Below, piece by piece: positions 45,566 through 53,651 of a stretch of 64,000 nt of DNA. Every line of letters begins with the position of its first letter. Position 1 is the first letter of the stretch. The position numbers were made by a program, and so were the translations under genes. The notes beneath the pieces are model-generated. The model had not been told where the DNA came from and searched no databases. It worked only from the letters and a program-made list of their open reading frames with translations. The DNA lies in the sequence record PQ464595.1; one strand, 5' to 3'.

Positions 45566-46815
45566 TATTTGTTTCCATACCACTGCATCTCACGCATTTC
45601 AATTAGCAGTTTAGCTGCCCTTTTAATGTCTGGAGAGTGTGGTAATACAGATTGTTTATATAGTACTTCACGGATGTAATGATCTTTTTCTTGCCAGTAT
45701 TCCATCATTTCATCGAACGTCCACGCACCATTACGGATAGCCAGAAGTTCTGCTGCGTCAGGTCGTTTGACATGAACTTCACCAGTACTCAATGCTTCTT
45801 CAGCAGTACGCATTAGACGAACAACATGCATCGCATGTTTTGTATCGTAGCCGTTCTGTTGTTCTAACTCAGAACGTGCTTCGTTACGGTTTGCTTTCCA
45901 TGTATGATAGTTGTGACGGTTGTCAGAACTTTTCTCGTATTCTTCCTTGTTGAATTTTACGATCAGCTTTGGTTGTTCTTTAACTTCTTCAAGTGATAGA
46001 TTGCTCGTATCAATACGATGAACGCTACCATCATCATTCAGTGTACGACCACCTTCTTTTGGAACAACACCAAATGTGTTATCACCGTAAGGAACTAACT
46101 GATAGCCGTAATTGTAATTCAGAATTGTGAAGTCACGATCCAGTACTTGATGATCAAAATAGTTATGAACCAGTTTGATGAAGTGATACTGTTTCAATGG
46201 TTGAGTACTCAACATCTGAAGGGAAGCATTACGAAGTTGTTTTTCGAAATGGAAATCCATTGAGGTTTTAACATACTGACCACGACCGCGTTCAACGTCC
46301 AGAAGACCCATAACATAGTCAGGGAATGTATCACCAATCCACTGAATAGTCTGTTCACATGGGAAAGCATCGAAGAATTCCTGGAGAATACGAACACCAG
46401 TACGTTCACGATCCATCCAGCCATGATGGTTCTTCATACGTTTAGCCTGGTTATGAGCATAGCCAGTATAGGTAAACGCAATCTTAGAAGACAGTAAATC
46501 GCCACGAGCCGCACGAAGATGATCGTACAATCCAGTACTAACCTGAATGTCACCTTCATCAACCCACAGTGATTCTAGGATGTTCGGGTTCGCATCAAGA
46601 TACAGTTTCATGTAGTTGTTAAGTTCGTAGTACTTAGTATCTTCTTCTTTAGAATCGGTTACTTCATTTACGGTGAAGAACGGAGTCAGGATGAATTCTT
46701 TATCAGCCATGAAGATACCACGGAAATCGGTATCTGAGGTTGGAGTACTAGTACCGTAAGCCTGGGAACCTGCCAGGTGTCGGACAATAAGATTGTCTAA
46801 ATGATTATCTGCCAT
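45565..46815 (-). CDS. RlaP-type (Pol beta superfamily) nucleotidyltransferase
   Basis: AGSQAYGTSTPTSDTDFRGIF, ANPNILE, YDTKHAMHVVRL, LLAIRNG. Confidence 0.85.
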   Translation of the reverse strand: MADNHLDNLIVRHLAGSQAYGTSTPTSDTDFRGIFMADKEFILTPFFTVNEVTDSKEEDTKYYELNNYMKLYLDANPNILESLWVDEGDIQVSTGLYDHLRAARGDLLSSKIAFTYTGYAHNQAKRMKNHHGWMDRERTGVRILQEFFDAFPCEQTIQWIGDTFPDYVMGLLDVERGRGQYVKTSMDFHFEKQLRNASLQMLSTQPLKQYHFIKLVHNYFDHQVLDRDFTILNYNYGYQLVPYGDNTFGVVPKEGGRTLNDDGSVHRIDTSNLSLEEVKEQPKLIVKFNKEEYEKSSDNRHNYHTWKANRNEARSELEQQNGYDTKHAMHVVRLMRTAEEALSTGEVHVKRPDAAELLAIRNGAWTFDEMMEYWQEKDHYIREVLYKQSVLPHSPDIKRAAKLLIEMREMQWYGNK

Positions 46816-46919
46816 TTTGCTTCCTTGTTGGAAAATCCAAGATGTTATAAACCATAACAGGAACTACTTTTTCACGTTGTAGTCTTCCTTGTGATTGTCG
46901 GTATCTTAACGAATTGGTA

Positions 46920-47780
46920 TTATAGATAGTTTTCTCGCCCATATTGTAATAGCCTTTCAATGATTAGTTCGTAGTACTGGTCGGACTTTTCAATAAGAAC
47001 ACAATTACGATTAAGCTGTACAGCACTTAATGCTGTTGTTCCTGAACCACCAAATGGATCAAGAATCCAGTCCTGTTCTTCAGTACTGAGTTTGATAAAG
47101 AAGTTCGGTATGTCAATAGGATAAACCGCAGGATGACCAATATTCAAGTTACTGGTACTACATGTAAGAACGTTACTTGGGCGTACCATATCTTCAGCAA
47201 CACGCTTAGACATGTTCATAGTACTGCCATTAGTGACGTTGTGTTCACCTTTGTTTTTACGTTTCTTCTCACTTTCCAGATATTTTGAAGTACTTTGTAC
47301 CTTCACTTCATCAGGAAAGAATTTATATTTTGAGGTGTGATTAAACTGAAAGATTCGTTCGAATCCATCCTTCAATCGGGTTTTAGCACCAGTTGGGAAA
47401 GGATTAGTCTTGTTCCAAATGTACTCGTCGCTCCAGTTATATTCGTCAGACATAGCAATAATGGTGCGATACACATAGGTATCACGCTTACCTTTATCAA
47501 CATGTTCTTTGATATTAAAGAAGTACGAGCCATCTTCATGAATGACATTCATAATATCAGTACTGATATTCTTGTACCATTCAGGAAAGTCTTCAGGACT
47601 TATGCTGTCATACACATCTTTACGCTGTTCAGCGTAAGGAGGGGATGTAATAGCAGAATTGAACTTAACTTCCGATTCGTGGAGTTCTTTAAGCACTTCA
47701 GCACAATCACCATTAATTACGATGATTGTGCTCGTGCCTAACTCAATAACTTGATGCGGGGATTGTCCGGTATATTCCAT
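46920..47780 (-). CDS. Beta-class amino-DNA methyltransferase (N4-C/N6-A), SPPY type; no adjacent restriction enzyme
   Basis: NGDC, catalytic ITSPPY, YIWNK, HPAVYP, SAM-binding ILDPFGGSGTT. Confidence 0.92.
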   Translation of the reverse strand: MEYTGQSPHQVIELGTSTIIVINGDCAEVLKELHESEVKFNSAITSPPYAEQRKDVYDSISPEDFPEWYKNISTDIMNVIHEDGSYFFNIKEHVDKGKRDTYVYRTIIAMSDEYNWSDEYIWNKTNPFPTGAKTRLKDGFERIFQFNHTSKYKFFPDEVKVQSTSKYLESEKKRKNKGEHNVTNGSTMNMSKRVAEDMVRPSNVLTCSTSNLNIGHPAVYPIDIPNFFIKLSTEEQDWILDPFGGSGTTALSAVQLNRNCVLIEKSDQYYELIIERLLQYGRENYL

Positions 47781-47786
47781 AGTTCC

Positions 47787-48398
47787 TTATGAATACTTGT
47801 CGAGTATTCCTTCTTTGAATTTTTCTACTACTCGTAGTTCTTCCATAATTTTTTGTTGACGCATAATTTCTTCTTCTGCGTCTTTGGCATCTTTGATCGC
47901 ATTGTATACGTCTTCGAACCAAGCATGATCTGCACCACCGAACAGTACTACATTTTGAATAGTAGTTTGTTTTGCTTCAAGAATGAAGTAATGGTTCAGT
48001 ATCTTGTCATGAAGAATACGTGGATCTGGATCATCAACAGTTTCACCAAACGCAGATGAACGATACATTCCACGCATGATTTGAACCGAGTTATGAAAAG
48101 ATTTAAGAACAATATCTGTTTCAGGAATCATCAACCTAACAACTTCTGAACTCTGGTCAAATGCTCGTACTGGAGTCAGAATGTCAAAACGATTAACATC
48201 AGTAGCAATTGTTTTCAGAAGATTATACTTCTTCATAGGCAACGAAGCAAGCTGACTTTTCATGAAAATAATATGCTGGCGACGATTACAACGAACACGT
48301 CCCGCACCAACAGCACTAACGTATTCTTTCAGTAGTTTCGTATTCTTTCGCAGAATAAGAAAAAGGATTTTCATATTTGTGAATTTAGTTGTTGACAT
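47787..48398 (-). CDS. 'LRK' family paralog
   Basis: LILRKNTKLLKE...KSQLASL...IATDVNRF; C-terminal coiled coil. Confidence 0.6.
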   Translation of the reverse strand: MSTTKFTNMKILFLILRKNTKLLKEYVSAVGAGRVRCNRRQHIIFMKSQLASLPMKKYNLLKTIATDVNRFDILTPVRAFDQSSEVVRLMIPETDIVLKSFHNSVQIMRGMYRSSAFGETVDDPDPRILHDKILNHYFILEAKQTTIQNVVLFGGADHAWFEDVYNAIKDAKDAEEEIMRQQKIMEELRVVEKFKEGILDKYS

Positions 48399-48877
48399 TA
48401 GCGAAACTCCGATAAGATACCCATACGCTGTTCTTCGATCTCACGTTCTTCCATCAGACGTTTCTGACGTTCCTGAGCACGAATTAAGCAACCAAACGCA
48501 ACGATGAAAGCATGATGTTCAGTACCTTCAAAGATAACAACATCATTGGACATGACGTTTTTATGAAACACAACAAAACGATTTCCAGTGTTGTTATCGA
48601 TCAATGTAGGATGACCATATTTGGAAACATTAGCCCCATTCTTCTCACTTTCATTTTCCATCGTTGAGGTAAACGCATTAGTATTCGCGTTCGAAGACGA
48701 AAAACGTTCAATATCGGTAGCCATGACACGAATCATGTTACGCAGCATTGGTTGAAGCTTTGAGTACTGATATTTCAACTGAATTAAAAACTTGCGGTCA
48801 GTATCTGTATTAATATCTTCTTTCAGGACATTATTACTTTTACGCAGAAGTGCGAACAGCAAATCAGACTTTTTCAT
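48398..48877 (-). CDS. 'LRK' family paralog
   Basis: ALLRKSNNVLKE...KYQYSKL...MATDIERF; start moved to ATG 48877. Confidence 0.6.
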   Translation of the reverse strand: MKKSDLLFALLRKSNNVLKEDINTDTDRKFLIQLKYQYSKLQPMLRNMIRVMATDIERFSSSNANTNAFTSTMENESEKNGANVSKYGHPTLIDNNTGNRFVVFHKNVMSNDVVIFEGTEHHAFIVAFGCLIRAQERQKRLMEEREIEEQRMGILSEFR

Positions 48878-48884
48878 ATGAACC

Positions 48885-49190
48885 TCATTCGTCACTAAGC
48901 ATTTCAACTATCGTGTTGAAAACTTCAATTATCACATCTCCGTGGCATTCCAACGGAGCACAAGAGCATCCGATACGTAGACCGCTTAGGCTCAATACGT
49001 CATCGGTTGTTATTGTACCACTCTCCAGGCAGTCATACAAGTACTCTCTGTACATTTGTATAGAAACTTGGCGAGAAATTCCCGCCCCTGGATCGAGGGG
49101 AAACGGATTTCCCCACATTGTACCACGTCCGATGTAAATGTCAAACTCGCCTTTGTGACGATTTACAAGGACAGGTGTAACGTATTCCAC
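48885..49190 (-). CDS. DUF4326 family protein
   Basis: VNRH...DIYIGRGTMWGNPF...LSGLRIGCSCAPLECHGDVI. Confidence 0.85.
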   Translation of the reverse strand: MEYVTPVLVNRHKGEFDIYIGRGTMWGNPFPLDPGAGISRQVSIQMYREYLYDCLESGTITTDDVLSLSGLRIGCSCAPLECHGDVIIEVFNTIVEMLSDE

Positions 49191-49940
49191 TTATTCCTCG
49201 TCTTTATCGAAGACCAAGTGCATACGCTCAAGAGTACTGAGATCTTCGAATTTCTGACCTACCAGTACTTCAGTTACATGAGAACGGATTACTTCTGTAC
49301 CTTCATGCATCTTGATGTAATTCTGACGTTTGAAGAATGAACCTTCTTTCCATGCTTTCGGATAATCATTCCAGTTAATACCAGCTTCCAGAAGCATATC
49401 AAGCTTGTTATTAGTGGACTTACCCTGAAGCTTAGAATGCCCGAACGTCGCGTGAGCAGCCATAGAGATACTGTTACGTACCGCATCTTGAACACGCCAC
49501 AGTACTGCGTTAGTGGCTTCTGAGCGTGATGGAACCTGGAATACACGACAATCGAAGTGTGGCAGACGTTTAGAGCATTCTTCAGGGAAATGCTGAAGTG
49601 CCATTGATACAAACATCGCAGTTGCCAATGATGCCAGTACTGAAATCATCTTCTGCTTTTTGCCAGAAAAGAACACATCACTTTCATAATCACGTTGCCA
49701 GAACACCAAAGTAATTTCATCACTCTGAGTATATCCAACAGTCGCCCCAGTTTCTTCAACTAGGTACTTAGTAACAGCTTGCATGATCATAGTCATGTTC
49801 ATGTCAAACGGTTTAGTCATGCTCTTAGTAAATTTACTGAAAGAGCGACCATCCAGCCGTGCTACAATTGGAATCATCGGCATGAATTTATCTGCCGTTT
49901 CCATCTTTTCATAATGCTTGATACGATCACCGAGATTCAT
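49191..49940 (-). CDS. tRNA-His guanylyltransferase Thg1-like 3'-5' polymerase
   Basis: ARLDGRSFSKFT, GYTQSDEITL, HFDCRVF, WRVQDAVRNS, WNDYP. Confidence 0.93.
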   Translation of the reverse strand: MNLGDRIKHYEKMETADKFMPMIPIVARLDGRSFSKFTKSMTKPFDMNMTMIMQAVTKYLVEETGATVGYTQSDEITLVFWQRDYESDVFFSGKKQKMISVLASLATAMFVSMALQHFPEECSKRLPHFDCRVFQVPSRSEATNAVLWRVQDAVRNSISMAAHATFGHSKLQGKSTNNKLDMLLEAGINWNDYPKAWKEGSFFKRQNYIKMHEGTEVIRSHVTEVLVGQKFEDLSTLERMHLVFDKDEE

Positions 49941-50224
49941 TGATTTTCCTTAATGAACTTTTGTAATTTTTCATGATATGCGATAGAGATTGAATTGTAA
50001 TCTTGAACGATTTCAACATGAAGATTAGCGAATACAATTTCTTTACCGAAGTAAAACTCACATGCCACCACGATAACTCCACTTGGGTAAGAAGTTGCGT
50101 GATGTAAAATGACTTGATCACAGCCATTGTACCATTCTTTGATGTGACGTTCAAACAAAAGTTGGTACAAATTATCAGGATGTGTGTGTTTGATTTTTTT
50201 CAGCTTGATATATTTCGAAGACAC
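49937..50224 (-). CDS. Hypothetical protein
   Basis: GTG start, ATGA overlap with Thg1; start uncertain. Confidence 0.45.
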   Translation of the reverse strand: MSSKYIKLKKIKHTHPDNLYQLLFERHIKEWYNGCDQVILHHATSYPSGVIVVACEFYFGKEIVFANLHVEIVQDYNSISIAYHEKLQKFIKENQ

Positions 50225-50759
50225 TGTTTTGTACCTCTAATTTCTCCAACTCCTGTTGAAGTTTATATTCATTTTGACGCATATGATCTAATGACCGAAC
50301 CACCCGGAACATCATTAATTCTTCATGATCAGTTAAGAACTCTTCACCATTAATGTAAATTTTTGGTAAAGGTGAATCTTTATCAGGGTCATGGTTATAA
50401 CCTGAACGAAAATTATAAATCTGAAAGTACATCTGATCATACGCAGTATCATCAAGTACCATTCTTGAATCTTCAGTTGTGTCACGAAATTCAAATCGCT
50501 TTGGATTTCGTGCCATAGCAGTTAATATTGCCAATACTTCAGGACGACACTTACTTAGCTGGTACTTAGTGTTAATAATATGACGAGATGCGTCTTTACG
50601 CTTGTTGAAATATTTTGTGTACTCCAACAACTTACCAGCACTTTTACGCAGTACTAAAAGATGTAAATGACGATGAATATCAAAGATTTCTTTAACATTC
50701 AACTCAGGATTCTTTTTACCTGGTGGTGGCGGATTTCGTGGCATTGGTTGATACCCCAT
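50175..50759 (-). CDS. 'LRK' family paralog
   Basis: LVLRKSAGKLLE...KYQLSKC...MARNPKRF. Confidence 0.6.
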   Translation of the reverse strand: MGYQPMPRNPPPPGKKNPELNVKEIFDIHRHLHLLVLRKSAGKLLEYTKYFNKRKDASRHIINTKYQLSKCRPEVLAILTAMARNPKRFEFRDTTEDSRMVLDDTAYDQMYFQIYNFRSGYNHDPDKDSPLPKIYINGEEFLTDHEELMMFRVVRSLDHMRQNEYKLQQELEKLEVQNSVFEIYQAEKNQTHTS

Positions 50760-50774
50760 AGAATTAATTCCTAT

Positions 50775-50803
50775 ATTCTAGACGAAGCATAGCGGCCTGT
50801 CAA
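50775..50803 (-). promoter_or_regulatory. Sigma70 promoter TTGACA-N17-TAGAAT
   Basis: TTGACAGG class with an A-rich upstream element. Confidence 0.75.
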
Positions 50804-50846
50804 GGACTATTTTCACTTAATTTGGTTATTTTTTTGTGGTACGCAC

Positions 50847-50875
50847 ATTATAACAGGTACAAAAAAAGCGGTCAA
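50847..50875 (-). promoter_or_regulatory. Second tandem promoter TTGACC-N17-TATAAT
   Basis: -35 lies inside the tail-fibre terminator hairpin. Confidence 0.6.
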
Positions 50876-50885
50876 TGACCGCTTT
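50861..50885 (-). terminator. Intrinsic terminator after the tail-fibre operon
   Basis: AAAGCGGTC-ATT-GACCGCTTT-TTTT. Confidence 0.8.
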
Positions 50886-50894
50886 GATTTTTTG

Positions 50895-53639
50895 TTAATG
50901 CCAACGTGAACCTGTACTTGAAGGTACTCCAGTACTCGCAGGAATCGCAGAACCACGTTTAGTAGTACTCGGTCTGTAAGTAAGGAACCTTGTCACTTTC
51001 TCTGTTGTAATTGATGTTATTGATGATGCTCCAGTAACGATTGTACCAATGTAAACCCTGTACAATTCTTCCGTAAGAAGTGTAGTACTAATTTGATAAA
51101 TTGCCGCACCTTCAACTATTGTTATGTACAAATAGAATGTTGTGTTAGCAGGGTTAGCCTGAATAGTGGTTAAGTTAATCGTCTGAACTTGCATTTCATA
51201 ATATGCACCATGAAGAAACACTGGAATTTCTTGAGTGAAATACACATTGAAACCTTGTGGTACTTCTTGTGAAGCAACTACATATCGAGCCGTTGGTGTT
51301 GATGTTGGATCAGCAATCAACGCATCTAAGTTGGCTTCAGTAGTACCATGATACTTATAAACTAGTTTAGTTTGATAGTCTGTAACATCACCATTCTCAA
51401 ATAATCCGAAACCAAATCCAGGAAGAACACCTACTTCATATGATGTGCCACCACTCAAGTACTGAGAAGTAATTGCTCTTAAAGATACAATATTGTTTGA
51501 AGCATCGAGCTTTCCTAACATAGATCTAAATGAAGCATTACTACTAGTACCCATATTGAATAGGGCAGGAATTCCAATATATGAGAATCCACTATACTTA
51601 GCGATTGTCAATCCAGCCATACGAGCAAAGTATGTTAGATTAATTGTAATCACACCACTGCTTACACCATTAATTACAGAAGCCGCAGCATTTAATGCTG
51701 TAATATTCTGACCACTCAATGTAACATCTACAGTACTTACAATTACATGACCACTATATCCAGAACCATCAACTGTATCAGTTCTCAATGAAACAATAGC
51801 AATACTCTTTCCATATGAGCTATCAGGTACATAATATAGAACAATTTTACTTTCTAGTACTGTACCAGTTATCGTTACCGCGTTGATCATCTGAGTTTTC
51901 AGTGTAGTTAACAATGCTGTATTTGTCATAGTGTATGCTGTGCCAAAATCAAACGTACTAGTATTAAGTAATCCACCAGCAGGTTTAGTTAGACCTTCGA
52001 CAAATGAAGAACCATATGAGCGAGTAGTTCCGTCCTCTGCTACTAGTGTAATCATTCCAGTATATTTGAAATCCGCATTATCAACTCTTGTTCTTGTTGG
52101 TTGTGGAGCATAGCCATTAATAGTTGAATCACTAACGATTGAGTTATATGAATAAGTTCTGGTTGAACCAATATCAGCATATACTCTAGAATCAAAACCG
52201 AATGAACCATTTGAATCATTACCACTACAAGAAAGCATTATTCTGGTAGGAGATATAACTATTGGGTTAATAAGATTCTCACCTAGTGCTGAACCATAAA
52301 CTGGATTAACATATTTCAGTGTAACCGAATTTAGTGTACGATTTACAAGATTCAATGAATCATAAGCATTAGTAAATGAACTGATTGTTGCACGAGTGAT
52401 TTTATGTTGCGGTGATGTGATATATCGAGCCACAGTACTGAATACCATACCATCTGCTGTCTGGAATATAGTTGGAACATTACCTTGAGCATCACTTGGA
52501 AAACCATTAATATTTTCCATAGTTGAGTTATATGGATTCGTATAAGTAAATGAACTACCATTTGATGAAACCATTATTGGTCCAGCCGCAGGTTTATCCA
52601 GAACATAAGCTTTAGTACTTATATTGTAAGTTAAACTTAATCCCCAATGTGTTTGTATTCCTGTAATTCCTGTAGCATTCATAGCCCACGGATGGAATAA
52701 CGCAACACGAATTGATGTACTATCTGAGTTCGCAGCAGCTTGAATAACACCATTGGTATTCAACTGAAATAAACTTGTTGTAGTATTAGCATCCGTTAGT
52801 AAGAATGGATTATCAGAGCTTGAAGTACTGATATAACGCTGAGCAATACGGACTGTATTAGACGCACTAACCGCAGTTCCATAAATTGTAGCACCGCTGA
52901 ATCCAGTAACTCTAGCTAGAGATGTTGTCACACCATTACGGACATTATCCACACTTATTGTATATAATGAAATATCAAAAGCACTTGTAGTTTCATATGA
53001 ATCAATACACCAAATATAAATTGTACTATCAACAATATGAGCATACTGAGGATCAGTTGTTCCTAATAGACTTCTATTAAATTCAACATATTGATGTGAA
53101 ATACTATTCATAGTACCATTTGTTAGACCAATTGTATATGTATCATTAGTTCCATTATTAGTTTTCATGAATAGCAATTCACTTGCCTTCGTTCCAACAA
53201 AATCAAGTAATTTGTGATTTACTGTAAAGAATGATGGTACATATTTGGTATTAGATAGTACTGGAACCAAGTCTGATACATTACGAGCATCTGCCGTATA
53301 GCAATAATAATAACCATCAGTACTACCATTTGTACCTGGTCGAAGATAAACTAATGTTCCATTATCTTCAATGATAATAGGTAGAATATGTTTTGAAGAA
53401 TAATATGTTGTAGCACCTTCATATGAACCATTAATACTCATTGGTAGATAATCCATTGTACCTACCCGCGATACTGGCAATACTGCTGTAATACGGTCAA
53501 TTTCTTCTTTAGTATAAAGTGGGAACGGGATGTTCCCACTTTGATCGGCGGTAATATTGTTAATGTCACGAATAGCATTTTTACTATTCACGATTGTATT
53601 ACTGGAAACACTTAAGTCACCAATTATTTTTTTAGACAT
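50895..53639 (-). CDS. Tail fibre/spike-like structural protein, paralog 3
   Basis: T/S/G/N-rich; EDNGTLVYLRPGTNG; C-terminal ASQEVPQGF...ANPANTTFY...RPSTTKRGSAIP. Confidence 0.75.
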   Translation of the reverse strand: MSKKIIGDLSVSSNTIVNSKNAIRDINNITADQSGNIPFPLYTKEEIDRITAVLPVSRVGTMDYLPMSINGSYEGATTYYSSKHILPIIIEDNGTLVYLRPGTNGSTDGYYYCYTADARNVSDLVPVLSNTKYVPSFFTVNHKLLDFVGTKASELLFMKTNNGTNDTYTIGLTNGTMNSISHQYVEFNRSLLGTTDPQYAHIVDSTIYIWCIDSYETTSAFDISLYTISVDNVRNGVTTSLARVTGFSGATIYGTAVSASNTVRIAQRYISTSSSDNPFLLTDANTTTSLFQLNTNGVIQAAANSDSTSIRVALFHPWAMNATGITGIQTHWGLSLTYNISTKAYVLDKPAAGPIMVSSNGSSFTYTNPYNSTMENINGFPSDAQGNVPTIFQTADGMVFSTVARYITSPQHKITRATISSFTNAYDSLNLVNRTLNSVTLKYVNPVYGSALGENLINPIVISPTRIMLSCSGNDSNGSFGFDSRVYADIGSTRTYSYNSIVSDSTINGYAPQPTRTRVDNADFKYTGMITLVAEDGTTRSYGSSFVEGLTKPAGGLLNTSTFDFGTAYTMTNTALLTTLKTQMINAVTITGTVLESKIVLYYVPDSSYGKSIAIVSLRTDTVDGSGYSGHVIVSTVDVTLSGQNITALNAAASVINGVSSGVITINLTYFARMAGLTIAKYSGFSYIGIPALFNMGTSSNASFRSMLGKLDASNNIVSLRAITSQYLSGGTSYEVGVLPGFGFGLFENGDVTDYQTKLVYKYHGTTEANLDALIADPTSTPTARYVVASQEVPQGFNVYFTQEIPVFLHGAYYEMQVQTINLTTIQANPANTTFYLYITIVEGAAIYQISTTLLTEELYRVYIGTIVTGASSITSITTEKVTRFLTYRPSTTKRGSAIPASTGVPSSTGSRWH

Positions 53640-53651
53640 TTAATTTTCCTT

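Noticed and set aside
47337-47741. 134-aa plus-strand ORF, and the many other 60-120 aa antisense or alternate-frame ORFs in the track
   Set aside because: Fully nested in well-supported genes, with no RBS or recognisable motifs.
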